Assembly (NCBI GenBank): GCA_002451755.1
Contig: DKDF01000113.1
Location: 1-42,354, forward strand
Direction: 5' to 3'
DNA: 42,354 nucleotides
Origin: Ruminococcaceae bacterium UBA6855
GTDB taxonomy: Bacteria; Bacillota; Clostridia; Oscillospirales; Acutalibacteraceae
In this document: positions 27,532 through 40,280 of the stretch, piece by piece
Layout: each line of letters starts with the position of its first letter
Position numbering within the stretch: the stretch's first letter is position 1
Notes under the pieces: generated by a model
What the model was told of the DNA's origin: nothing
Database searches by the model: none
The model's input: the letters and a program-made list of their open reading frames with translations, nothing else
Program-made: the position numbers and the translations under genes

Positions 27532-28471
27532 CGGATACACAACTAACCCCGGGGATCTCAGCTGGGATTTTCTCAATGAATTCGGCACATACACAGTCTA
27601 CGACCGCACGCCGAAAGAGAAGATAATAGAGCGCGCTCAGGGGTGCGATATAATCATAACCAACAAGACGCCTATCGACGCCCGGACGATAGCAGCCCTT
27701 CCGGAGCTTAAATTTATCACACTGCTGAGCACGGGCTTCAATGTTGTTGATGTTGATTTTGCACGCGAAAAGGGCATCCCGGTTTCAAACGTGCCGTGCT
27801 ACAGCACCTCGGCGGTGGCTCAGCTCGTGTTCGCGTTCATTCTCGAACACACCAACCGCGTTGCGCTGCACAGCGAAGCGGTACACGGCGGCGAATGGAG
27901 CAGCTGCCCGAACTTCTGCTTCTGGAAGTCCCCGCTTACCGAACTCCATGGCAAGACTATAGGCATCATCGGCTACGGCAAGATAGGCAAGGCGGTCGCC
28001 AAGATCGCGGAAGCTTTCGGCATGGATGTGCTCGCCAATTCGCGCTCCGCGAAAGTCGGAGACTGCGACGGGGCGGTCAGATTCGTTGAGATTGATGAGC
28101 TGCTCAAAAAATCTGACTTTGTGACTCTTCACTGCCCGCTGACTCCGCAGACGACCGGGCTTGTAAACGCCGAGTTTATCGCAAAGATGAAGCCGAACGC
28201 ATTTCTCATCAACACCTCGCGCGGACCCGTGGTTGACGAGCAGACGCTCGCCGACGCGCTGAAATCGGGCAGGATATCGGGCGCGGGAGTTGATGTTCTC
28301 TCGACCGAGCCGCCGAAAGAAAGCAACCCGCTGCTCGGATGCGAAAACTGCCTGATAACCCCGCACATCGCATGGGCGGGATTCGAGACAAGGACGAGGC
28401 TCGTCGGAATAGTTGAAGAAAATCTCAGAGCATTCGTCAAGGGCGAACCGATAAATGTGGTGAACAAATAA
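27512..28471 (+). CDS. D-2-hydroxyacid dehydrogenase (glycerate dehydrogenase-like)
   Basis: GIIGYGKIG, LHCPLT, LINTSRG and ITPHIAW motifs. Confidence 0.9.
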   Translation: MKIVILDGYTTNPGDLSWDFLNEFGTYTVYDRTPKEKIIERAQGCDIIITNKTPIDARTIAALPELKFITLLSTGFNVVDVDFAREKGIPVSNVPCYSTSAVAQLVFAFILEHTNRVALHSEAVHGGEWSSCPNFCFWKSPLTELHGKTIGIIGYGKIGKAVAKIAEAFGMDVLANSRSAKVGDCDGAVRFVEIDELLKKSDFVTLHCPLTPQTTGLVNAEFIAKMKPNAFLINTSRGPVVDEQTLADALKSGRISGAGVDVLSTEPPKESNPLLGCENCLITPHIAWAGFETRTRLVGIVEENLRAFVKGEPINVVNK

Positions 28472-28486
28472 ATCCGCGGCATAAAA

Positions 28487-28519
28487 AATCAGGAACCGGA
28501 AAACACCCGGTTCCTGATT
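28487..28519. terminator. Bidirectional intrinsic terminator
   Basis: AATCAGGAACCGG-loop-CCGGTTCCTGATT between convergent genes. Confidence 0.8.
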
Positions 28520-28538
28520 AATTTTAACTTACAGTCTG

Positions 28539-29405
28539 TCACAGCTTATCGTTATACTGATAAACCTTGACATAATCGACAATGAATTCCGTCTCGGCTC
28601 CGTTCTGATCTCTGTCTGCGGCAACGCCGTTTTGACCGTTCATTTCAACAGACAAAATAAGATAGAGAGGATTCTGACAGACACCGCCGAAATCGCTGCG
28701 TGCATACTCCATGCCATTTATATAGAAGATATATTCGTTTTCATTCCATTCAAGCCCGTAGGTATTGTATTCTTCATAGGGATTGCCTTTTACATACACC
28801 CATGCAACCTGCTTGAGCTTGTGATCTTCGCCGTATCCGTCATAGTGAAGATTGCAATAAACAACATTATTAAACGGTTTGCGCCCATAAAACGCACTTT
28901 CGAAAATATCTACCTCTGTTCCGTCCCTGCCGTTTCCGTCAACATTGCCCATATCTTCATTCAAGAGCCAGAATGCGCTCCAAAGGTCTGCGCCCTTAGG
29001 AAGAATGCAGCGTATTTCATAATAGCCGAACGCCTGAGCAAATCTTTCGGTACCCGCCTCGCGTCCCGAGGTGTCGAGACCGGATGTATACCAGCCTGCA
29101 CCCTTGCCGCCCATTCCGTTTTCAAGATATCTCACGGGGATAACAAGATTTCCGTCTTTTGTATAAGACAAATAGTTATTCCAGTATGAACCTCTGCGCA
29201 CGCTCGACTGATCGCCGTAAGTGTAGTGACCGCCCCAGACGGAATGGTCGAGTTCGCCGTCAAAATCATCGCAAAAGGTCTCGGTGAACTTTGACATATC
29301 CACGGTCTTATAAGGATTCGGAAATGTCGGATTGCGCGCCTGCCACGCAAGCATTGAGAAAAGCGAAAGCAGAAAAGAAAGAATTCTGACAAACAGGTTA
29401 TGCAT
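28539..29405 (-). CDS. Glycoside hydrolase family 16, probably exported
   Basis: FGYYEIR, WSAFWLL, catalytic EVDIFE, YGLEW and FIVDYVKVYQ motifs. Hydrophobic N-terminus. Confidence 0.85.
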   Translation of the reverse strand: MHNLFVRILSFLLSLFSMLAWQARNPTFPNPYKTVDMSKFTETFCDDFDGELDHSVWGGHYTYGDQSSVRRGSYWNNYLSYTKDGNLVIPVRYLENGMGGKGAGWYTSGLDTSGREAGTERFAQAFGYYEIRCILPKGADLWSAFWLLNEDMGNVDGNGRDGTEVDIFESAFYGRKPFNNVVYCNLHYDGYGEDHKLKQVAWVYVKGNPYEEYNTYGLEWNENEYIFYINGMEYARSDFGGVCQNPLYLILSVEMNGQNGVAADRDQNGAETEFIVDYVKVYQYNDKL

Positions 29406-29536
29406 AATTTTCCTCCCAATAGGTTATATGCCAATTTTAGCATATGTTGCTTCACTATTCAACTTGTCACATTGCAACAAAATCTTGTCCGGGAATAGGG
29501 CAATATGACGAAACGCTGCGAGTCAAACAATAGAAT

Positions 29537-29785
29537 TCATTTGACGCTGTGCGCGGTGATAATTGTATAGCTATATGAATTGACTGTAATTCTGATGTTC
29601 TCTGTCTCGCAGTACCAGTTCTTCCCCTGCTTATAGATATTGCAATTTTTATCCGAAATTTTGCTCTTGCAATACCGGGCGGCATCGGGTGAATCTAATC
29701 CGAGATTTTTTCTGATCCTCTCAATGCCCATCGGAGTCGAGTGGATTTTATCTATATTGTCAAGTAATATTTGTCTCTCGTCCAT
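29537..29785 (-). CDS. DUF3781-like small protein
   Basis: IHSTPMGIERIRKNL, QGKNWY and ITVNSYSYTIITAH patterns. Confidence 0.75.
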   Translation of the reverse strand: MDERQILLDNIDKIHSTPMGIERIRKNLGLDSPDAARYCKSKISDKNCNIYKQGKNWYCETENIRITVNSYSYTIITAHSVK

Positions 29786-29863
29786 AGATTTCCCTCAGAA
29801 AGATGTTTTTATGGCAGATAGTAAATTATCATCAATCGAAGTTTTATATCGGCTGCGCGATAT

Positions 29864-29965
29864 CGTACAGACGCGAGGACTGTCCCTGCGAACGATCGGT
29901 AACGGATATTTTGAAAAATTTGTGCCGCTCGCGCGGCATCGGTGCGTCGAGTCGCCGCACCCTAC
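29864..29965 (-). repeat. Two 26-nt GTAG-type REP-like palindromes
   Basis: Minus strand GTAGGGTGCGGCGACTCGACGCACCG (29940-29965) and GCAGGGACAGTCCTCGCGTCTGTACG (29864-29889). Confidence 0.45.
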
Positions 29966-30010
29966 AAGTTGCGCGTCAATATGATTGTGCAACAAATCCA
30001 ATTTATCTCC

Positions 30011-30044
30011 AAAAAAACCTACCCATGGGAAGCCGTGGGGTAGG
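30011..30044 (-). terminator. Intrinsic terminator of the beta-galactosidase gene
   Basis: CCTACCC...GGGTAGG hairpin followed by T7 on the minus strand. Confidence 0.75.
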
Positions 30045-30089
30045 CTTTGCAAATTCGGAACATCCATTAAAACGGGATGCTTGATTTTA

Positions 30090-33233
<3,144 letters not shown>

Positions 33234-33297
33234 TCAAGAACGCAAAAGTATAAAAAGCGGCGTGCGCCGCCTTTTTGGGCTTTGCACGCCTTCTGCA

Positions 33298-34782
33298 TCA
33301 GTTCAGCTTGTCGTATTCTTTCAAAAATCCAGTCACATCGGCAAGCACCTTTTCCGTGCCGCCCTCTGTGTTGCTTTCAAGATTCAGAACGAGAATCGGA
33401 TCATGCACGCTCATGCGCAGCAGGAACCATCCGTCGCCGTTATCTTTATCGGTGTTTATTCTGATGCCCTCGTAGTTTATCTTCTCCGCCTGCCAGCCGT
33501 CGCGCTCTTCGGCGAGAGCTTTCAGGTCGGCTATGACTTTTTCGCCGTAGGACTTGAAATCTTCGAGGTCTATCTTGAACCTGCGTTCAAGCTCCTCCGC
33601 CGGCTCTTCGAGGTCTGAGATAAAGCTCTCAAGGCTGCCGCCGCTCTTTTTGAGCAGAGCCGCTTTTATAATCAGCTTCGTGACAAGGTACGCGCCGTCG
33701 TCGAGATAATAGTTCTCCCTGAACGCGGCATGGCCGGAGGTCTCTATCGCAAGCGGGCAGTCGATGCCCTCTTTATTGAGTTCTATTTGCTTGTTGATAA
33801 CATTCTTATAGCCGCGCTTGAATCTGATATGCTTGCCGCCGTGCGCCTCGATGAACTTCGTAAGTCCTGCGGAGGTTACGGAGTCGGTAACTATAACCGC
33901 GCCCGGCTCGTTTTCAAGTATAACAGCCGATATCATGGCGACAAGGCGGTTGCGGTTGAGTTCTCTTCCGTCCGAGAGAATGCAGCCCGCTCTGTCAACA
34001 TCGGTGTCGAAAACAATGCCGAAGTCGGCTTTCGTCTGCTTAACCCGCTCGGCGGCGCTGTCTATCATCACGGAAGACTCGGGGTTCGGCACATATACGG
34101 GGAAGTTGCCGTCCGGCTCGAGATTCATACTCGGCGAGACATCGGCACCCAGAGGAGCGAGGACTTCGGAAGCGTAGAAACCGCCCGCGCCGTTTCCGGC
34201 GTCTACCATTATTCTCATTCCCGCAAGCGGTTTGTCGGATTCGTCCGCGCCGATGCCTTTGCAGATAAGCGAGCGCAGGTGCGCGGCGTACTGCTTCATA
34301 TGGTCGCATGCGGTTATTTTGGCAGGAGCATCGCCAAGTTCAATATTCTCGGCTTTTTCAAGTATGTAAGCGATATCGGGCGAATCGAGTCCGCCGTCGA
34401 CGGTGAAAAATTTGAGTCCGTTCCTGTCACCCGGGTGGTGGCTCGCAGTCATCTGAACGGAGCCGTCGCAGGGCAGATCGAGCACAGCCATGAACATGGC
34501 GGGAGTGGAGCTGAGCGAACAGTCAATTATATTGACCCCGCGCAAAGCGAGTCCCCTGACAACCGCCGCACTTATACGCCCGGCCGAAAGGCGCGGGTCG
34601 TGACCGATGGCAACGGTGAGCTTATCCGCCGCCTTGCCTGTCTTTTCGCTGAGAAAATCCGCAAACGCCGCGCTCGCCTTTGAGATAAACCCGTCACTCA
34701 TATAGAGCGGCTCGTCGCCGTTTCCGATGCCTATTCCGCGGATATCCGTTCCGCTCTTGAACTTTTTATAGATGCCTGTCAT
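33298..34782 (-). CDS. Phosphoglucomutase/phosphomannomutase
   Basis: SGTDIRG, TASH phosphoserine loop, DTDVDR metal loop, ETSGH. Confidence 0.9.
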   Translation of the reverse strand: MTGIYKKFKSGTDIRGIGIGNGDEPLYMSDGFISKASAAFADFLSEKTGKAADKLTVAIGHDPRLSAGRISAAVVRGLALRGVNIIDCSLSSTPAMFMAVLDLPCDGSVQMTASHHPGDRNGLKFFTVDGGLDSPDIAYILEKAENIELGDAPAKITACDHMKQYAAHLRSLICKGIGADESDKPLAGMRIMVDAGNGAGGFYASEVLAPLGADVSPSMNLEPDGNFPVYVPNPESSVMIDSAAERVKQTKADFGIVFDTDVDRAGCILSDGRELNRNRLVAMISAVILENEPGAVIVTDSVTSAGLTKFIEAHGGKHIRFKRGYKNVINKQIELNKEGIDCPLAIETSGHAAFRENYYLDDGAYLVTKLIIKAALLKKSGGSLESFISDLEEPAEELERRFKIDLEDFKSYGEKVIADLKALAEERDGWQAEKINYEGIRINTDKDNGDGWFLLRMSVHDPILVLNLESNTEGGTEKVLADVTGFLKEYDKLN

Positions 34783-34807
34783 ATCCGTTCCTCCCGTTTC
34801 TTCTGCG

Positions 34808-35140
34808 TCATTCGGCGCAGATATCGTTTTTGATTTTGCCGTAGGTCTTTTCGCCTATCCCGTCGACATTCGTTATCTCCCACGGATAGATAAACTCTCC
34901 GTGCTCCTCGCGGTAGCCAATAATATTTTCGGCTTTCTTTTCTCCGATGCCGTCGAGCGCGGTCAGCTCTTCTTCGTCGGCGGAGTTTATGTCTATCCCG
35001 CTGCCGTGCGAAGAAGTATATTGAATTATACTCCCGGCGCGGCCCGGAGAGAACCGCAGGGCGAATGCCGCAGATATTGCGGCGGCGAGCAAAATGAATG
35101 CGGACGCCGCAAGCAGAATTTCGTTTTTCGATCTGCTCAC
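34808..35140 (-). CDS. ComEA-like helix-hairpin-helix DNA-binding membrane protein
   Basis: N-terminal TM, IDINSADEEELTALDGIGEKKAENIIGYR, VDGIGEKT. GTG start after GGAGG. TTGAAA-N17-TACAAT upstream. Confidence 0.82.
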   Translation of the reverse strand: MSRSKNEILLAASAFILLAAAISAAFALRFSPGRAGSIIQYTSSHGSGIDINSADEEELTALDGIGEKKAENIIGYREEHGEFIYPWEITNVDGIGEKTYGKIKNDICAE

Positions 35141-35214
35141 AGCGTCCACCTCCGGTAAATTATTGAATTTATTGTAACATATGGAAGACGGGATTTCAAC
35201 CTCGATATCCGCGG

Positions 35215-36834
35215 TCACTTTCTGTGCCGTTTCAGATATCGGGCGTTTTCGCGCTCAAAATCGAGCCCTTTTCTCTGGCATTTTTCTCTGAGCTTTCTTA
35301 TCCGTTCTTCCTCAGCCGCAGCCTTTGCCTCCTCTTCCTCGCGCTTCGCGGCTTCGACCGGGTCTATCCACTCTATGCCCGCCGCCTCTGCCTGCGCCTT
35401 TTTGCGCTCCATGAGTCCGGCGGTGACTTTTCCGAGCCCCTTTTCGACGGTTATGCACGCGACCATGACGGCGAGGATTATACCCGCGACCGCCTCGACT
35501 CCGACAAAGCACCATGTTATAGCGCGCTGGCACAGCTCGTTTTGAACATTATACACTCCCGCGCTGACTTCGACGGGCGCGGCGTAGCCTGTCTTTGCGA
35601 GCACCCAGTTGAACACGCCGCTCGAAATGCCGAAGCAGACAGTAGCAAGCACAGCATAGACCGAGCCGGACAGTCCGTCGACCCTGAAGCCGCGCTTATA
35701 CTCTATCGTGTCAAGAATATCGGCGAGCAGGGAGAGGAATATATACGATATCGGCACGCCGCCCATGTTTTTTATAAACTGACCGATGAGCACCACTATC
35801 ATATTTTTCGGCGAAACAAAGCAGATAAACGAGCCTATCGAATATATCACGAGTCCGACGGCGGTTATGTTTTTCTTGCCGAACTTCTTTGCAAGCGGCC
35901 AGATAATAAGCATACCTATACCCATCGGCAGACCGCCGAGCGCGGATACCATTGTCTGGGTTATGCCGTCGCTGTAAGTGCCGAGCACCCAGTTGCAGTA
36001 ATACGGCAAGGATATGTTCTTGAGCATATAGCAGAGATTATAGATGAGATAAAAGCTCATTATCAGCACCCAATATTTCTCCGTCACCATGGCTTTTATC
36101 TGCTGAGCGACCGAGACTTTTTTCTCCTCTATTCCCTCGTCCTCTTCGCTGACGCGCTCTTTTGTGAAGAAATAATAGAGCACTGTAGACGGCAGAGTGA
36201 GTGCGGCGAAGATGCTCATGACGAGCATCCATTTTATTTTGTCAACGCCGATGAGCGGCATTATAGCCATCGGGGAAATCAGCGCGACGATTATTCCCGA
36301 TCCCGCTATATTTGATATATTGTTGAACACGCTCAGCTGAGTGCGCTGGAGGGTGTTTCTCGACGCATTGGGCACCAGGAGATTGCTGCTGATAAAGAAC
36401 ATCGTATACGCCACGGCGCAATAGAAATTATACGAGAACATTATCCATATCATCTGCGCGTTGGCGCTCATATCGGGAATCAGAAAGAGCATAAGCCCCG
36501 ATATCATGAGCAGGGGCGCGGACATGAGAATATACGGGCGCAGCTTCCCCTGGCGCGTCTTTGTGCGGTCGATTAAGATTCCCATGAGGACATTCGTGAC
36601 TGCGTCTATGATTTTTGACACTATCGGGAAGATTATCAGAAACGCGCCGTTCCACCACGCCGTCGCGCCGAGCAGATCGGTATAATAGACATTGAGATAG
36701 GTCGAGACGATGGCGTTGAAAATAAACGGACCGAGCGGCGCGAAGAGATAGCCGAGCCACTTTTCGGTGTTTGATACATTGCGCGTAGTTATCCTGCTGT
36801 CAAGGCGGGGATTATCCCAAAATTTCATCTTCAT
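35215..36834 (-). CDS. GPH-family glycoside:cation symporter, MFS
   Basis: IDRTKTRQGKLRPY, FFTKERV and LADILDTIEYKRGFRVDG motifs, with a charged C-terminal tail. Confidence 0.88.
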   Translation of the reverse strand: MKMKFWDNPRLDSRITTRNVSNTEKWLGYLFAPLGPFIFNAIVSTYLNVYYTDLLGATAWWNGAFLIIFPIVSKIIDAVTNVLMGILIDRTKTRQGKLRPYILMSAPLLMISGLMLFLIPDMSANAQMIWIMFSYNFYCAVAYTMFFISSNLLVPNASRNTLQRTQLSVFNNISNIAGSGIIVALISPMAIMPLIGVDKIKWMLVMSIFAALTLPSTVLYYFFTKERVSEEDEGIEEKKVSVAQQIKAMVTEKYWVLIMSFYLIYNLCYMLKNISLPYYCNWVLGTYSDGITQTMVSALGGLPMGIGMLIIWPLAKKFGKKNITAVGLVIYSIGSFICFVSPKNMIVVLIGQFIKNMGGVPISYIFLSLLADILDTIEYKRGFRVDGLSGSVYAVLATVCFGISSGVFNWVLAKTGYAAPVEVSAGVYNVQNELCQRAITWCFVGVEAVAGIILAVMVACITVEKGLGKVTAGLMERKKAQAEAAGIEWIDPVEAAKREEEEAKAAAEEERIRKLREKCQRKGLDFERENARYLKRHRK

Positions 36835-38303
36835 CGCTTTTTCCACCTGATTTCAACGGAATGTTCGCCTGCCTCAGTTCTGACGCTCAAAAGCTTCGCT
36901 CCGCCGTCGTATTCGGCTACGACCGACACTTCGCCGTCGCAGGAGATATCCGCTTGGGTATGAACATAGATTATGCTCTCGCCCGGGGCATCCGAGCGGT
37001 ATTTCAAATTAAACGTTCCGTTTTCGCGGTCGGTATGCATTGAAACAGGCTTGCCCGCGAGCGCGACAGGATAAGTGCGGCTGAGCATGAGCATCAAGGG
37101 CGAATCGAGATCGTCGCCGTGATAGTCCCAATAGAGCTGACCCCAGCCCATATCGTCGAAGAAATCGAGCAGTTCAAAAGCGTGCGGGAACCACGAAGTA
37201 TCTTTATTGTCGCTGCATCCGCCCCACTCGCCGACTATCACGGGCACATCGAGGCGCCTCTGCGTGTTCGCCATCTCGCCGAAGAAAGCTTTGACTCTGT
37301 CCGCGTTCGCGTATTTATAGAGCGGGGTGTCAACCGTCATATCATAAGAATGGGGGCCGTAGCACTGGAGCGGCTCGCGCTCGCCGTTTACGGTTATCGG
37401 CGGCACGGACTGGCTGACGCCGCCGTTGCACAGGAAGCTCTGTTCAATCATTATTATTCCGTTCGGCGTTATCTCGCGGATAGCGGCGGTGATTTTATTG
37501 AGGAACGGCGAATACTTTTTCAAATCGAATTCGCGCACGAGAGCGTCTATATTGCTCATGATATCGCGCACGACATTTCCGCCGACGCAGTCAAGCAGGG
37601 TCGGCATATCCTTTTTGATAAGCGATTTTGCGATAAGCCTGCGGTCAATTTTTTTGCTCGTCATGATCTCCTTGAGTGCGCAGCGCACGAGGGATATAAA
37701 CATTCTCTTGCTCTCCGAGCCGGGGAAAGGCTCGTTGAAGAGATCGAAGCCGAAGAGCGCTGGGCTGTCGCCGTAACCGCGGGCGAGCATCTGCCACAAA
37801 TCCGCAAATCTATCCTGCAATCCCCTGCCGCAGACCTTGTCGTTCTTCCAGAAATGGTCAAACGCGCTGTGAACCCATTTGCCCCAGAGATAGCCCTCTA
37901 TCCAGACAAATTTGTGCTCTTTCGGCGTGTTTCCGTCGGTCAGCGACGCCCATTCCGGCGCGCCGTCGCCCGCGCCGACTCCGCCATAGCCCGAGAACAA
38001 ATCCTGATGCATATCTATTAAAATATACACGCCGTATTTTTCGGCGAGGCTGAATATGCCGTCTATCGACTCGAGATAGCTCTCGTTATAGCATCCGGGC
38101 GAGGGTTCGAGATTCGCCCAGGTGACTGCAAGGCGGATGATATTGAACCCGTGCGCCGCGTATTTTTTGAAAAAGTCCTCGTCGAGGTCATAGCGGAAGC
38201 GGCGCTGTCCGAGCAGTTTGTCGTCGATATTCATGCCGTTGAAGAGGCGTATCCTGCCCTCGCCGTCGCGAAAGCGCATACCCTCGGTCAATATTTTGTC
38301 CAT
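36831..38303 (-). CDS. GH5 endoglycoceramidase-like glycosidase
   Basis: IDMHQDLFS...GDGAPEWA, catalytic FDLFNEP and VGEWG, C-terminal RTYPVALAGKP. These match the motif pattern of Rhodococcus endoglycoceramidases. Confidence 0.8.
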   Translation of the reverse strand: MDKILTEGMRFRDGEGRIRLFNGMNIDDKLLGQRRFRYDLDEDFFKKYAAHGFNIIRLAVTWANLEPSPGCYNESYLESIDGIFSLAEKYGVYILIDMHQDLFSGYGGVGAGDGAPEWASLTDGNTPKEHKFVWIEGYLWGKWVHSAFDHFWKNDKVCGRGLQDRFADLWQMLARGYGDSPALFGFDLFNEPFPGSESKRMFISLVRCALKEIMTSKKIDRRLIAKSLIKKDMPTLLDCVGGNVVRDIMSNIDALVREFDLKKYSPFLNKITAAIREITPNGIIMIEQSFLCNGGVSQSVPPITVNGEREPLQCYGPHSYDMTVDTPLYKYANADRVKAFFGEMANTQRRLDVPVIVGEWGGCSDNKDTSWFPHAFELLDFFDDMGWGQLYWDYHGDDLDSPLMLMLSRTYPVALAGKPVSMHTDRENGTFNLKYRSDAPGESIIYVHTQADISCDGEVSVVAEYDGGAKLLSVRTEAGEHSVEIRWKKR

Positions 38304-38418
38304 AGTTTTCCTCCCGACACGCAATAGATTTTTTAAACACGGTGTTGATTTTTCGTCTGATTTCATTATACTTAAATTGGACAGAGAAATTCAACCGATA
38401 AAAAACGCAAAGAGGAAA

Positions 38419-38453
38419 GATAATCGACAATTCTAATCAATCTGTTGATTATC
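38419..38453. promoter_or_regulatory. Putative TetR operator
   Basis: GATAATCGACA-N13-TGTTGATTATC (10/11 inverted match) in the divergent intergenic region. Confidence 0.55.
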
Positions 38454-38465
38454 GCGGGTGTAGAA

Positions 38466-39002
38466 ATGAAAAACGACCACAGAGTGACCGTGACAAAAAA
38501 GATGATAACCGAAAGTTTTCTCGAACTGATAAAAGAAAAGCCCCTTGCCGCGATAACGGTCAAGGAGCTGTGCGAAAAGGCGCACATAAACCGCGCCACA
38601 TTTTATGCCCACTACGAAAACATCTATGATCTTGCGGACGAGATAAAGCGCGGATTTATCGGAAATATAGTCAACACAGTGACGGAATTTTCAAACGACG
38701 ACCCGCTCGGTGATATGATAAAAACAGTCTGCCGATGCATAGCGCAGAACAGAGATTCATGCGAGATAATCTTCGGCAGGAACGCCGACCCGGGGTTCGC
38801 CGAGCATATTGTCGAGCTCGTGCGCGGGAGATATATCACGCTTTGGAAAGAGTGCAGAGCCTGCGCCGACGAGGACATGGACATGATATATACTTTCGCC
38901 GCCTACGGCGGGCTTGCCGTTTTGCGCGCGTGGGTACAGAACGGGATGAAAGAGAGCCCCGAAAAGATAGCGAAGTTCATTGAAGAAAAAGTAATGCTGT
39001 AA
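38466..39002 (+). CDS. TetR/AcrR family transcriptional regulator
   Basis: HTH ITVKELCEKAHINRATFYAHY. Confidence 0.92.
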   Translation: MKNDHRVTVTKKMITESFLELIKEKPLAAITVKELCEKAHINRATFYAHYENIYDLADEIKRGFIGNIVNTVTEFSNDDPLGDMIKTVCRCIAQNRDSCEIIFGRNADPGFAEHIVELVRGRYITLWKECRACADEDMDMIYTFAAYGGLAVLRAWVQNGMKESPEKIAKFIEEKVML

Positions 39003-39005
39003 TTT

Positions 39006-39039
39006 AAAAGGCATCCGAAATTTTGCTCGGATGCCTTTT
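39006..39039. terminator. Bidirectional intrinsic terminator
   Basis: AAAAGGCATCCGA...TCGGATGCCTTTT. Confidence 0.8.
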
Positions 39040-39043
39040 GCTA

Positions 39044-40276
39044 TTATTTTGCGAGTTCGTCCGTGTCGCGCGGGTTGATGCGCTTGGAGATTATATATGT
39101 CTTGTCGCTGCCGTCCGCGTTTTTCTCGCCGAAGCGGCCGTAGGACGAGGTGACCGCCGTGCCGTCGGGAAGCACGACATTGCCGCAATAGGCGGTGTCG
39201 GCGTTCGCTTCGATTTCAGGCTCGGGCTGACCATCGAGATAAGTGTGGGCTATCTTGATTCGATAGTCGCCCTCGGTGCCGTTTTTCAGGTCGTCGTAGC
39301 TGCCTATCCACGCTATCCAGCCCTCGCTGTACCAGTCGCCGTTATCGGAATGAAGCCTCACTTTTTCCGGGTCGCGTTCTATCGAGCGGAAGGTTATGAA
39401 CAGCCTGCCGTCTTTCAGATAATCCGCCTTGTGGCGCTCGCCGTTGAGAGCCGCAGGGGCGTGTACGGGTTCTGACCATGTTTTGCCCTCGTCGCGCGAA
39501 AATGAGATAAGCGAATTTTCTTTCTTCGTGTTCGAGCGCGAGATGAGGCAGAGCTCGTCGCCCGCTCCCCTGTCGCTGCGTATGACTTCGACCTCGCACA
39601 TATTCGAACGCAGTTCTATATCTCTGTGGGCGGCAAAATATTTCTCCGGCTCGCTCCACTGCACGCGCCCATCGGGAGTAAAGCTGAGAATGGTTTTGTA
39701 GTTATAGAAATTGCTGTCATGGAAGAAGCCCATCCATTTATCGACAAAATTGCCGTTCTCCTTGAGCCTTGTCAGCGAAGCCATGGCGACTATCGGGATA
39801 AGCTCATAGCCGTCGGCTCGCGAATAAAATGTCTCAAACTCGCTCCATGTTTCGCCCTCGTCGCATGAGACGGAGCAGTTGAAGCCGCCGGGGGTGTCCA
39901 TTCCGGGCCACTTGGAGTTGGCGGAAATGAGAATCAATTTATCCGGCGTGCCGTCCGAAAATTCGAGGCGGTAGACAGTCGGTGTCTCGAGCGATTTTTT
40001 CCACGACTCGGGCGGAGAGGCTATATTTTTTGTGTAGCTGCGCCCGCCGTCCGCGCTTATTTTATTGAGAACAGCGCCCTTGCCGTGACCGTGGGGATAT
40101 ACAGTAAGAATATCGCCGTTTTTGAGCAGGACGGAGTCGGGGTGGCCGAGATAGCTTTCGCTGTCATCGACCACGGTCTGATCATAGAGATAATCGTATT
40201 TTTCCGCTGTATTCTCCGGCTTTACGCTCAGATCAATCTGAGGGACGGTATAATTTTTGCCGATAAAATCATTCAT
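39044..40276 (-). CDS. BNR/Asp-box beta-propeller protein (sialidase-like)
   Basis: Asp boxes SADGGRSY, SCDEGETW and SRDEGKTW. Confidence 0.75.
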   Translation of the reverse strand: MNDFIGKNYTVPQIDLSVKPENTAEKYDYLYDQTVVDDSESYLGHPDSVLLKNGDILTVYPHGHGKGAVLNKISADGGRSYTKNIASPPESWKKSLETPTVYRLEFSDGTPDKLILISANSKWPGMDTPGGFNCSVSCDEGETWSEFETFYSRADGYELIPIVAMASLTRLKENGNFVDKWMGFFHDSNFYNYKTILSFTPDGRVQWSEPEKYFAAHRDIELRSNMCEVEVIRSDRGAGDELCLISRSNTKKENSLISFSRDEGKTWSEPVHAPAALNGERHKADYLKDGRLFITFRSIERDPEKVRLHSDNGDWYSEGWIAWIGSYDDLKNGTEGDYRIKIAHTYLDGQPEPEIEANADTAYCGNVVLPDGTAVTSSYGRFGEKNADGSDKTYIISKRINPRDTDELAK

Positions 40277-40280
40277 AGTT

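Noticed and set aside
29795..30084. Small ORFs of 90-93 aa between DUF3781 and lacZ
   Set aside because: They run through terminator and REP-like hairpins, with no convincing RBS or protein-like features.
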